Source: an uncultured Nitrososphaeraceae archaeon (lineage in GTDB: Archaea > Thermoproteota > Nitrososphaeria > Nitrososphaerales > Nitrososphaeraceae). From it: a DNA stretch of 64,000 bases. This document shows positions 1 to 10,515 of this stretch, one piece after another. The first letter of the stretch is position 1. Each line of letters opens with the position of its first letter. The position numbers were made by a program, and so were the translations under genes. The DNA lies in the NCBI GenBank assembly GCA_963837175.1, contig CAWIMJ010000046.1, positions 32,001 through 96,000 of the forward strand. Direction: 5' to 3'. Under the pieces are notes generated by a model. That model saw only the letters and a list, made by a program, of their open reading frames with translations, had not been told where the DNA came from and did no database searches.

Positions 1-960
1 ATAGCCCACCTATACGGCTTGGTGGATGTCATAAGAATCGAGAGATACACCCTGCATTTGATTTAGAGTGGATGTCACTTCTCGCCAAGTCAGGTAGACT
101 AATGAGTGGAGCAAATTATAAAATCAATATCAGAGGCTTCAAAAAGAGTTACCAGATTTATCCACGCCTGCGACTACGATCAAGCAGGTGAGGTCATCGG
201 TTATAATATCCTTCAATATGCTTGTAAATTTAAGTATGAGGAATCCTTATGGGCTAAGTTTTCGACGCTTACCGATCAAGAAATAAGGGAATCGTTTGAT
301 AATCTGCTAAAACCTAGCAGGGTATTGGCTGAAGCTGGTAGATCTAGGCATATCTTTGATTTCATATATTGAGTGAATCTTTCAAGAGATCTTTCACAAT
401 TGTTTAAGGTAGGCAGTAATGGCAAGCAATATCATAACTTGTCCATTGGCAGAGTACAGGGACCTACTCTTTTATTTGTAGTACATAAAGAGATGGACAT
501 TAGAATACATATTCCAGATCATTATTGGAGCATATCAGCAGATTTTGAAAAAAATGGGCACATAATTAAAGCCTTTTACAAAAAAGACAAAGTACAGACA
601 TTATCAGAAGCAAATTCAATAATGAATGCTTGTAATGGCAAAGATGGATTAGTCAGTCAAATTAAAGTTCGAAAAATGGTACCTCATCCTCCCACTCCAT
701 TAAATCTAAGCGATTTACAAAGAGAAGCATATAGATTATTCAAACTTTCTCCTTCTTGCATGCTTTCAATTGCAGAAAGTCTTTATCTCAGTGAGGCGAT
801 TTCTTATCCGCGAACATCAAGTCAGAAGTTGCCATTATCTAGAGACTACAAGAAAATCATTACATCTATCTGAAGTGAATAACAATTACGAAAGCAAGCG
901 CAGCATTACTCTCCAAGGATCGTCTTTTACAGAATGAAGGAATTAAAACCGATCCTACAC
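1..960 (+). pseudogene. topA: Type IA DNA topoisomerase (topo I/III) pseudogene, truncated
   Basis: TOPRIM motif ACDYDQAGEVIG, AGRSRHIFDFIY, SIGRVQGPTL and active-site ISYPRTSS. In-frame TGA at 370-372 (expected Gly), further stop/frameshifts near 871-900, and homology ends at about 960 next to an IS-end-like GGCTCTGTC. Confidence 0.85.
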
Positions 961-992
961 TAGGCTCTGTCAGTCAAAGAATAAATGAGTAG

Positions 993-1829
993 CTAACTAA
1001 ATACACTGGTATTCTTGCCATAGACATCAGTTCGGCGATTTTTCAAAAGTGGAAGTAGTTCTCGTACCTTCTGGACTCTAGGTTTATCAATCTCAACAAC
1101 TTCCATTCCTTCTCTATTTCCCATATCTAACAGAACTACACCAAATGGATCTACAGCCATACTTCTGCCAGAAAAAATGTTGCCAATTTGATTGGGTGCA
1201 ATCATGTATGAACCATTTTCAATAGCCCTCGCTTTAAGTAATGTCTGCCAGTGTTCTTCCTTCATAACGCCGTGAACCCATGCGGAAGGAGAGACCAAAA
1301 TATTGGCACCCTTAACCGTCAAAATCCTAGACATTTCAGGAAAACGAATATCATAACAAATCATCAATCCTAGGTTTCCTACCGATGTCTTGACAGGCTT
1401 TTCAATCATATTACCAGCCATCATCTTATCAGATTCTTTAAATCCTAGTGCATCATAAAGATGTAATTTGCGGTAAATTGAAGATATTTCACCATTGCTG
1501 TCAATAAGAACTGCTGTATCGTACACACGATTATCAAACCTACTACCATTTTTTTCATAAATTGTTGATATGATGCTAATCTTGTTTACCTTGGCAGCTT
1601 TCCGCAGAGTAGCTATGAAATTTCCATCATTAACAGATTCTGCCTTTTCGGATAACTGCTTTGCAGACATACTCATTGGTGAATAAGCCATTTGGAATTC
1701 AGGAAAACATATCATACTTGATTTCTTCTTCGCAGCTTCTCTGATAAAGTCGATTGACAATTCCAGATTTTCCATCTTGTCTTCTGATGATCTCATCTGT
1801 ACTATAGCGACGAAAGGAAACTGTGGCAT
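993..1829 (-). CDS. Carbon-nitrogen hydrolase (nitrilase/Nit family amidohydrolase)
   Basis: Catalytic triad motifs FPE, YRKLHL and ICYDIRFPE; ARAIEN; SGRSMAVDPFG. Confidence 0.92.
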   Translation of the reverse strand: MPQFPFVAIVQMRSSEDKMENLELSIDFIREAAKKKSSMICFPEFQMAYSPMSMSAKQLSEKAESVNDGNFIATLRKAAKVNKISIISTIYEKNGSRFDNRVYDTAVLIDSNGEISSIYRKLHLYDALGFKESDKMMAGNMIEKPVKTSVGNLGLMICYDIRFPEMSRILTVKGANILVSPSAWVHGVMKEEHWQTLLKARAIENGSYMIAPNQIGNIFSGRSMAVDPFGVVLLDMGNREGMEVVEIDKPRVQKVRELLPLLKNRRTDVYGKNTSVFS

Positions 1830-1881
1830 TTTTCAGTCTAGTAGTGCTCATCAAAGCATAAAATAAAATAGTTTGCTACTA

Positions 1882-2058
1882 TTAAAGGGGCTTTCCTGAA
1901 ATATACCAATCCTCCTTAGATTTTTCATCATATACAATAATTATGTGTTCAGCTTTAGCTTTTAGGATTTCCATCGCAGCTTCAGTTATCGCCTTTGCAA
2001 ATTCTTGTTTTTGTTCTTTAGTTCTTCCAGGATACAGTGAAATTGAAATTAGAGGCAT
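1882..2058 (-). CDS. 4-oxalocrotonate tautomerase family protein (58 aa; not in ORF track)
   Basis: Hand translation MPLISISLYPGRTKEQKQEFAKAITEAAMEILKAKAEHIIIVYDEKSKEDWYISGKPL has the catalytic Pro-1 and the GRTxEQK signature. Confidence 0.9.
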   Translation of the reverse strand: MPLISISLYPGRTKEQKQEFAKAITEAAMEILKAKAEHIIIVYDEKSKEDWYISGKPL

Positions 2059-2190
2059 ATACAGAAATTAATTCATAGATAATTAAACCCTCTGTATAGA
2101 TGGAGTTGAAATGAAACCATTATATAACAACACGCAAATTACAAACAATTGTTCATATTGGCAATCGATTTTTAATCTCAATTAGAATAT

Positions 2191-3009
2191 TCATTCATAA
2201 AGGATTATAAAATTGGCTGATATAATAGCTCCTATTATTGCACTTATCAAATTAACCGTATTATTATTAACTATTGATATCCCTTTTTCTGGAATGGTAG
2301 GAAAATTGCAATGTATGGATCTTTTTTCTAGAGATTTTCTACAATTTACGCACCTGTATTTAGCTTGAATAGTCGCTCCAAAAATGCTATCGATATTTGT
2401 CGATATCATTCCACCGACAATAGCCGCTGAAATTATAATAGGTATACGCAATGATATATTTTCTGATATTAATAGTCCACATATTATTCCTATTAAAAGG
2501 GAACCCATAAGTGCAGCAATCTCCCCTTGAATTGTGACTCCCCCTGACTGACCTTTATCAATTTGCTTACCTGTTAATAGTGATCTTGGTTTTACTTTAC
2601 TCAATAAGCCTAATTCAGTTGCAATAGTATCCGAAAGGGCAAAACTTATTGAACCAACAAAACATAGCATAAAGATTGGATCATTACGTGATATATAATA
2701 AAGGATAGCAATAGTTGCTAATGGCCCTCCATTTGCTAGTACGTTTCTCCATCCTCGTGCACCATTATTTTCCTCAGCCACTCCCATCCTCTGTTTCTGT
2801 TTATATTTATACTTGGTAAACAGCGAAGCAATTAGGAAAAATAATAACAAGACAATAAACCATGAAGTACCACCAAAATATAATATAATAAAACCTATAG
2901 GAATGGCAGTTAATGCACCATATTTATCGATTACATTTATTTTGTAAGCAAAAATAGTCATGACGACGATACTACTAAGCCATACCATAACTTGTTCTAC
3001 AAGAAACAT
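2191..3009 (-). CDS. DUF92/TMEM19 family membrane protein
   Basis: RGWRNVLANGG, SDTIATELG, GQSGGVTIQG, DSIFGATIQ and NNTVN motifs; multiple TM helices. Confidence 0.88.
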   Translation of the reverse strand: MFLVEQVMVWLSSIVVMTIFAYKINVIDKYGALTAIPIGFIILYFGGTSWFIVLLLFFLIASLFTKYKYKQKQRMGVAEENNGARGWRNVLANGGPLATIAILYYISRNDPIFMLCFVGSISFALSDTIATELGLLSKVKPRSLLTGKQIDKGQSGGVTIQGEIAALMGSLLIGIICGLLISENISLRIPIIISAAIVGGMISTNIDSIFGATIQAKYRCVNCRKSLEKRSIHCNFPTIPEKGISIVNNNTVNLISAIIGAIISANFIILYE

Positions 3010-3702
3010 ATCTATTATAACTCAAATTATCTAATTAAGTTCTGTTGTAGATTGAAAAATTACTTAGGAAGTAGATTATACTCCAGATAATTTTCTGAGA
3101 TACTTTTTTGTGCCAGTTCGTAGGGGCAAAGATTAGATATCCTTGGATAAATGTAACTGGCATAGATAACTTCAGAACCTTTTCATAATCGCTCATAACC
3201 AACAGAATCATATTCAATTTTTTACTATAGCCAATTCCTTTAATCCATATTTATTTCTTGATATCTGTAGTTTCGGCCTAGGTTCTATTCATCATACTCG
3301 AATATTCCAAAGTAATTGTTGATATTAATTTAAAAATTTGTATAAATTATTGAACATTAAATGCTTTAATAAGGAGGACATTAAATTTCTCGTTTTCATT
3401 ATAAGTAGCGACACAATGTACATCTATGATTTGGTTTGATACCTAGTCCTATGAATAATAATTGATATATTTTTACTAACTATCTGTTCTTCCCTTGGCT
3501 CTCAAAGGATAATAGATTCGATTTATAGTGGCCATTTAGTGATTAAAAAGACATGCGTGTTTATAATAAGTTGCTGTTATACAGAATTAAAATGATACAG
3601 TAGTTGCCTAGCATGATATTCTAGCTAGGTCTATTATGTAATAATAGTATTCCTATGTAAGCTTTAATATACTTAGATTCGATATCAGCGGATTATTAAA
3701 AA

Positions 3703-4380
3703 ATGAAATCATCAGAAGAATCTATGTATTGGATTAATGAAAGGATAACCCAATGTAAATTGTGTCCCCGTTTATCAAATTACATCGGGGTGATTGGTAA
3801 ATCAAAGGTAAAAAGATTCATAAATGAACAATATTGGGCGAGGCCTCTTCCAGGTTTTGGAGATATAGAAGCAAAGTTATTAATTATTGGCCTGGCACCT
3901 GCTGCCCACGGTGGAAATAGAACAGGTAGAATGTTTACAGGCGACAGCTCGGGAGATTGGGTTACAAAAGCTTTATTTCAAACGGGATTTGCGAATATAC
4001 CTACAAGCCACTTTAGAAATGATGGACTCATTTTAAAAGGCGCCTATATTGTTGCAGCAGTGAGATGTGCTCCACCTAATAACAAACCAACTCCTATTGA
4101 AATATCTAATTGTTCACAATATCTCTTGGCAGAATTAAAGATTTTACATTCTACAGAAGTTATCTTGGCTCTTGGAAAAATTGCTTTTGATGCATTTTGT
4201 AAAGCCAGTAATTTAAAAGGATTAGCTTTTGACCATGGCGCTCGTTACTGTATTAAGGGAAACAAGATTCTGCTTGCTTCTTATCATCCTAGCAGACAGA
4301 ATACAAACACTCATAAGTTAACATGGCAAATGTGGATGGATATTTTCAAAACTGTCAGATCACTAATATCAGATAGATAG
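3703..4380 (+). CDS. udg: Uracil-DNA glycosylase family 5 (UdgB-type, Fe-S)
   Basis: CKLCPRL, GLAPAAHGGNRTGRMFTGD, VRCAPP and YHPSRQNTNT motifs. Confidence 0.92.
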   Translation: MKSSEESMYWINERITQCKLCPRLSNYIGVIGKSKVKRFINEQYWARPLPGFGDIEAKLLIIGLAPAAHGGNRTGRMFTGDSSGDWVTKALFQTGFANIPTSHFRNDGLILKGAYIVAAVRCAPPNNKPTPIEISNCSQYLLAELKILHSTEVILALGKIAFDAFCKASNLKGLAFDHGARYCIKGNKILLASYHPSRQNTNTHKLTWQMWMDIFKTVRSLISDR

Positions 4381-4390
4381 ATAGATAGAT
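4371..4390 (+). repeat. (AGAT)5 microsatellite overlapping the udg stop codon
   Basis: agatagatagatagatagat read directly from the sequence. Confidence 0.8.
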
Positions 4391-4786
4391 GACTTTTCAC
4401 TTAACAACAAGTCTATAGATCGAGACATCATAATTCGCTTTATATTCAAGGGAAGTAGAACATTGGCAAAGTATGATTACTCTTTACAAAGAAAAAAGAT
4501 GCGAACTGGAACAGCTATAGAATTGATTATTTTGGTTTGTCGTTTATATTGAATAAAATGCTTATTAGACAAGAAGACTCTTAAATGTAGTGCCAATAAA
4601 TATATAAAGTCTAGCAAAAGGTGAAAGATAACCTGAAGCTTCTTTCAACTCTACATCAAGGTTTGGTTTTCATAGGTTTTCATAATTCTATTGTTATAGG
4701 TATATTAGTCGCCTACTTGTTATCTAATATCAGTGATTGTTGATAGTTAAGAATGTTTAAGTTCTATTACTGCACTTCATTTTTCA

Positions 4787-5548
4787 GTGAAATCATGCTG
4801 CATTATATACAGCACAATGAAGAGGGAAGCTGTAAAAACAATAGTCCTAATTTTGGGATTTATTATAATATTTTTAACAATCCATTATGGTAATAAATCG
4901 ACAGTATTCGCACAAAATCTTGCTAATAATAGTAATAATTTTTTTCTGGCTAACGGGACATTTATAAAAAGCAATAGTATGACAGATTATGTTAACATCA
5001 GTTCTCTTATCAGCGACGACTATAATATAGAAGGAACAATAAATGGTCAGATTAGTGCAAAATCAGAAGAATTAGCAACAAATAAGGACAATCAGACCTC
5101 ACTTGACGCGGATTTACCAGTGCAGATGTACCTTTTAGGTGGAAAATTGAGACTTGATGTGTCTAAGGGATACGTCAAATATTTCAAGGCAAATATAACA
5201 ATGATAACAACTATGGGTAGCGAGATCCATGAGCATCTGATAATTTTCAAACCTTATACTGCTGGGATTGCTTTACTAACTAATAATAGTGCAACGACAC
5301 AGAATATGAATATAACAAGTAATAATAGTTCTATATCACGAAATGGATATAATAGTATAGTATTCTCAGGTGTAGCCGACATAATAACAAATGGAGTAAT
5401 GCAGTGGATAGAGGTACCAATATCTGTCTCTATATTAAACGAGAAGGTAATTACCATTGAATTAGATTCAAATAGAATTGATAATCATTTCTTCGGTGCA
5501 CCGATCTACGCTCTAGTAAGTACAATTGAACCACTTGCATCTACGTAG
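4787..5548 (+). CDS. Secreted/membrane-anchored Asn-rich hypothetical protein
   Basis: N-terminal hydrophobic segment ending VFAQ and many N-x-S/T sequons; true start probably ATG 4817. Confidence 0.7.
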   Translation: MKSCCIIYSTMKREAVKTIVLILGFIIIFLTIHYGNKSTVFAQNLANNSNNFFLANGTFIKSNSMTDYVNISSLISDDYNIEGTINGQISAKSEELATNKDNQTSLDADLPVQMYLLGGKLRLDVSKGYVKYFKANITMITTMGSEIHEHLIIFKPYTAGIALLTNNSATTQNMNITSNNSSISRNGYNSIVFSGVADIITNGVMQWIEVPISVSILNEKVITIELDSNRIDNHFFGAPIYALVSTIEPLAST

Positions 5549-6051
5549 AAAAATAGCAGATGATCTAGTTTCACGGTAAATACAATAGCGCTATTGATAG
5601 TTTTTAAATATTTATTCAAACATAATCGGAATATATGAAATAAAGAACAATAGCGCCGGCTTTAACATAGCACGATTTAGATAATAAAATTTTATTGTAG
5701 GATATAAATTCAAGTTTCTATTTATATTCTTATATTATTTTTGTATTATGATTAATATAACTTATCATATATTTGATAGAAAACATTGACCAAGATTTGT
5801 TTTTACATAGGTGGTTGTTCCATAATTTTCAATGTTTCCATCTATAATAGAGAATATAGTTCCTTAAGTTTAGGCATTTCTTAGTTGAAGATTGATTTAG
5901 GTGTGCTCCATATAATCTTAGCATTTCCATCTGGAACATTTTTGGGAATATTACCTAAGTATTGCTCCTAATTCTTCTATATTTATTGAGTTGTTGATTA
6001 ACAATTATTGAGAGTAAGTCTTAACTAAGTACTATAGACGAAGTTCTCTCC

Positions 6052-6474
6052 TTGCAAGTGTCAGCCTCCTCGCATTACTTATATTCCTGGAGTAAATTCG
6101 GAAGAGAAGCTGAATTTGTTGTTGTGCTGTATCTTAAATTAAAAGGATGGGACATAAAGCTTTCCAAAGGAAGTAGGGGACCAGCAGACATTATCGCTAC
6201 TCGGGCTTTTAAAAAGTGGCTGATCCAAGTAAAATCAAGCAGCTTGATACCTCGGTTGAAAGGCTCAGAGGTAAAACGACTTCGGAAAATGGCTCAACGA
6301 GATAAAGGCCACGCTGTAATTGCCACTTTGCAGCCAATAGAAACTGCGATTGGAACGCCAATGACAGAACAAAATATTTTGGAGTTATATACAAAAGACA
6401 CAGCAATATTACAATTTGGAAATTATGCCATGTCTTTCTATTCTCTTAAAGATTGGAAAAGATTAAGACCTTAA
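6052..6474 (+). CDS. PD-(D/E)xK nuclease, Hjc/restriction-endonuclease-like
   Basis: GREAE...LKLKGW...SKGSRGPADIIA...WLIQVK pattern. Confidence 0.75.
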   Translation: MQVSASSHYLYSWSKFGREAEFVVVLYLKLKGWDIKLSKGSRGPADIIATRAFKKWLIQVKSSSLIPRLKGSEVKRLRKMAQRDKGHAVIATLQPIETAIGTPMTEQNILELYTKDTAILQFGNYAMSFYSLKDWKRLRP

Positions 6475-6725
6475 GACAGTGATTGATAATTCATGATGTT
6501 GTATTAAGCCCACATTTCTTTCATTATTGCATTCCCATTGGAATCAAGTAATAAAATCATCAAAGGATCCTTTATAGTTCTTTATTCTTAAAGATCATTC
6601 TTATTATATATCATTCTCAATTATATGTGGCTGACCGCTACCCTGCTATGCATAAGCCTGAGTTAAGTTTACATAGAACAATTTTCTCTAATGGTTATAG
6701 GACATATCTCTGCAGATAACTTACG

Positions 6726-7154
6726 ATGACATCACACGAAGGACCCACAATATTATGGAATATGCTTAAGGGTAAGAAGGTCAAAAGCAATGACGGAAAG
6801 GATGTCGGCGAAATTAAAGAGATATCTCTGAATTTCTTACGATTAGAAAAGGGTACACTAAGTAAGGACAAATTTTGGATTCCAAAATATATAGCTGATG
6901 CTTTTGACGGTAAGACATTATGGCTTTTAGTAAGCGAAGAGGAACTCCTTGGTAAATATTTCTATGGGAGTGAACCACCAACAGATCAATATTCAAAAGA
7001 CTTTGAAGCGTTTAAGACTACATCATATGGACAAAAGGTAACATTTCTTCCAGACTTGGATCAAAATGTGAGAGTAATCGAGGAAAAAACTACAGGCGTT
7101 GAGACTAAAACTCAGAAGGAAACAGAATATAAAAATATTCGAGATATAGAATAA
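6726..7154 (+). CDS. PRC-barrel-like domain protein
   Basis: LKGKKVKSNDGKDVGEIKEI...KFWIPK pattern. Confidence 0.65.
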   Translation: MTSHEGPTILWNMLKGKKVKSNDGKDVGEIKEISLNFLRLEKGTLSKDKFWIPKYIADAFDGKTLWLLVSEEELLGKYFYGSEPPTDQYSKDFEAFKTTSYGQKVTFLPDLDQNVRVIEEKTTGVETKTQKETEYKNIRDIE

Positions 7155-7359
7155 AAATTGTATTTAACACAATCTTTAATAGCAAAGGGATAAAAATTAT
7201 TATTCTATATAAAGAAAAATATTTAAACTGATGCAATATCACCTATTCTCTAATTCCGTAGTTAGATCTACTATCACAATTAGTAACACCAGTTTTTTAA
7301 AATCTGAAATATTTTTCACACCTATCAGAGTTATATTTTGTTATCGTCAAGATTAATAA

Positions 7360-7839
7360 TTGACTGGTGAAAATATCTCTTTTATGGACCAGCAACAAAT
7401 CGTTCCTCATACAATGTTGTGGTTATGTTTTGCTTCACTAGTTCTCGTGTACAGTGTTATGCTGATAGGAGTGTACATTAGTGCTTCTAACGTGCGTTTA
7501 TTTTGTACTGAATGGCCACTCTGTCCTAATGGATTTAATTTCCCACCTCCAAAATATTTCTTTGAACACTATCATAGAGTTTTGGTCGTCATTACAGGAG
7601 TTTTTATTTATGCTATTGCCGCATATGCTATTAAAAATGCTAGAATCACACGAAAGTATGCTATAGCATCGAGCATCATCATTTCATTCCAAATTTTATT
7701 GGGTATGCTAGTGGTCAATACTAAATTGCAATCTTTGATTGTGGCAATACATTTGTCAACGGGAGTTCTACTATTTGGTATGACACTAATGACTTTTCTG
7801 TCAGCTTACAAGGTAATAGAGAAAAAATCTGCAATATAA
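7360..7839 (+). CDS. ctaA: Heme A synthase-like protein (COX15/CtaA, half-size 4-TM form)
   Basis: CTEWPLC disulfide motif, EHYHR, QILLG and IHL; four TM helices. Confidence 0.75.
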   Translation: MTGENISFMDQQQIVPHTMLWLCFASLVLVYSVMLIGVYISASNVRLFCTEWPLCPNGFNFPPPKYFFEHYHRVLVVITGVFIYAIAAYAIKNARITRKYAIASSIIISFQILLGMLVVNTKLQSLIVAIHLSTGVLLFGMTLMTFLSAYKVIEKKSAI

Positions 7840-7996
7840 TGAGTAGAATAGAACTACAAATACCTTTAGTCTATATTAATTCAAAAGTTGCAAATAACGC
7901 TACTAGTAGTAATATCGGCGTATAACTATGATTACCTCTCTAAACTTAAATTTTTGAAGATATGTTGATCCAAGAAATATAGACGAAAGAGATAAA

Positions 7997-8431
7997 TTGA
8001 AAGTAAAGTCTGTTGTATCAATGAATAAACGACAATCTGCGACTAACGCAATTTTGTCTGGAATTGCGTTTTTAGCCTTACTTGCACCATTTTCATTTGA
8101 TGTCACCAGTCAATTTACACAGCAAGCATTAGGGCAAGATACTGCTCCAATAAATGCAACGACCACAGTAATTAATCAAACTGATAGGACTTTAATGCCA
8201 GTTGTGATCAATATTACACGTAACGCCAATGCAACAGGTACTGCAGCGGACTATATCGTAAATATAACAACTTCTTCTATGACTAATACCTCTGCAATGT
8301 CAGGCAATCAAACTGGTCTTGAGATAACACCTTTTCTGGTAGACGTACTTCGTAATACTAATGCAACAAGTATAGCAGCGGAATACATAGTAAACATAAC
8401 AACTGGTGCTAATGATACAACTCGACAATAA
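7997..8431 (+). CDS. Secreted Thr/Asn-rich protein with internal duplication
   Basis: Signal peptide; two copies of P-x5-R-N-x-NAT-x2-AA(D/E)YIVNITT. Confidence 0.65.
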   Translation: MKVKSVVSMNKRQSATNAILSGIAFLALLAPFSFDVTSQFTQQALGQDTAPINATTTVINQTDRTLMPVVINITRNANATGTAADYIVNITTSSMTNTSAMSGNQTGLEITPFLVDVLRNTNATSIAAEYIVNITTGANDTTRQ

Positions 8432-9079
8432 AAATATATATCACAATCTTTCCTTTTTCATAGAACAAAATTATGACATAAGTTAGAAATTAACTTTATT
8501 ATCCTTGTATTCTATATATTATCAAATCTACAAAGAGCAAAGAAAACTCTAAAAGTGAGATATTGTTTCGCATTAGACAGCATATATTTAGAATTTTTAG
8601 CAATTCAACAGGTAAAAGAAAGATAGAAAGACCTTACTGCATAATTGCGTCCAATGTAATCTATATCGATATAATTGGAAGTAATGCCAAACTGTCGATG
8701 GTATTATATTAGATAAATTTTAAAATATATCTATTACATATTAATTTTGAAAAGCGTTTTCATTAATCATCACAAGAATGGTCGTGATTGATGTTAAAAT
8801 ATATACCGTCCTCAATCATAAAATGTGATTTAGATATTCATTTCTATAAAAATCTATAACGATACAGAAATGCTGCAGTAAGATTGATGACTTCAATTTC
8901 CTTAGATTGTTAACAATTCTATTTTGACTTCTAACAATAAAATGATGAGTTGTGTGTGCCAAGTATAAAAAAAGTTACAATACAGGCGACTTCATTTATG
9001 ATAATAGGTTTAACCTACATAGTTCCGAATTATCATGCATTGTATGCCATGTTACTAATAAAATTAAGTAATCAATTGA

Positions 9080-10084
9080 TTAGAGCCAGTGCCGAATTTT
9101 TAGAAAATTATCAATGGGCTCTTTTTTAAGCAATTTAATTAGAGCCAGTCCCTGCGGAACTGATAACATGGGTTTCTTGAAATGATTATCGATAGATATT
9201 CTTGGACAGGCAACTTGTACAAATGCATCGATTCCTTTGAAAATTTGTATACGATCTTCAGTAATATCTGTCAATGCAATTAACTGCACCTTTTTTCCTA
9301 ACTGTTCAAAAGATTTCTTTAATTCAAGTGCCTTTATATGCGCAAACTGTCCTTCTTTTAATCCGACTATAATTCCTATTATTTCTGCATCCAATGCTTT
9401 ATATATTGATAATATGGCTTTCTTCTGTAGTTGTCTAGCAATTCCAGTAACATCAGAATAGTCTTCGAAGTATGGATCTAGCATATATGTAGGTTTTTCT
9501 GTTGATATTGCAACACCCGCTGAATGAAATGTGCTTTGACCAAGGAAAATATAAGCGTCAACTTGGCTTTGAATGTTATATGCTGGATAGAATTCGCAGC
9601 CAAAAACTTGTGCATCATTTAGCTGTCCTTTTCCTCTACCTATAATCACCTGATAACCAAATTCTTCAAAGACCTCTCTGACACGTGTGATTTGACTAAG
9701 ATGTTGACTATCAGTTACTAAAGATATCGAATTGTAATTTTTACTTTTAAGTTCTAATGCGCATTTTCTTGCTACTCTATCGAAAGTAATATCATCAAAT
9801 GCATTAATCATTACTACTTTTTCATCAAATGTTTCCATAGACACAGTGTGGCCGATATTGAACAAAATTTCAGCTCCTAACATATTTGCCGCATGTATAT
9901 TCAGATCGCATGACCCCCAACATGTATCGCCAATAACATATGCAGGAATACCAAATTTTTCGGTGATATTACTTGCACTATTTTGAATTTTCGGTATAAG
10001 AGCTTCTGGCCCATTGAGTGCTACAGAATGAGGCTTTCGTTCATATATTATTTTGAATATTCTCTTTTCATCTATTACCATCAT
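9080..10084 (-). CDS. dph2: Diphthamide biosynthesis enzyme Dph2
   Basis: DTCWGSCD, QVFGC, GQSTFH and QVACPRISID (three Fe-S cysteines). Confidence 0.95.
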   Translation of the reverse strand: MMVIDEKRIFKIIYERKPHSVALNGPEALIPKIQNSASNITEKFGIPAYVIGDTCWGSCDLNIHAANMLGAEILFNIGHTVSMETFDEKVVMINAFDDITFDRVARKCALELKSKNYNSISLVTDSQHLSQITRVREVFEEFGYQVIIGRGKGQLNDAQVFGCEFYPAYNIQSQVDAYIFLGQSTFHSAGVAISTEKPTYMLDPYFEDYSDVTGIARQLQKKAILSIYKALDAEIIGIIVGLKEGQFAHIKALELKKSFEQLGKKVQLIALTDITEDRIQIFKGIDAFVQVACPRISIDNHFKKPMLSVPQGLALIKLLKKEPIDNFLKIRHWL

Positions 10085-10515
10085 ATATAGTTAACCACCA
10101 TAATAGAAGATAATTTGTAGATTGTCGATATTATCATTTTATATACAATATAATAAATGCAATCTATTACTCTTGTTGATAGTACGTTTTTATCTATTTG
10201 CACTGATATGCATCTCCAATAATGAGAAAATATAATTAAATTTAAATTATACGAAATTACTAAAATCTAATTATATGATTTATATTCCGTCATAATTGTT
10301 AAGTTTATAGGTTCTTCGTATAAGTTACTTTTTCTAAAAACATTGTTCTGTGCGGAGATACATTTTAGATAAAAAGTAAAAAAAACGAGCTATCAATTCC
10401 CATTATTGGAGCTGTGCTAAAAAATACAAAACAATATTTATTATTAAAATATATTGTTAGTAAGGGTTAGTACCTAGATTCCTATGCAATATTTTTAATA
10501 TGTTATAAATACAGA

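Noticed and set aside
370-372. TGA read-through (selenocysteine) in topA, given a SelD-like gene nearby
   Set aside because: The position corresponds to Gly, not Cys, and the gene has other lesions.
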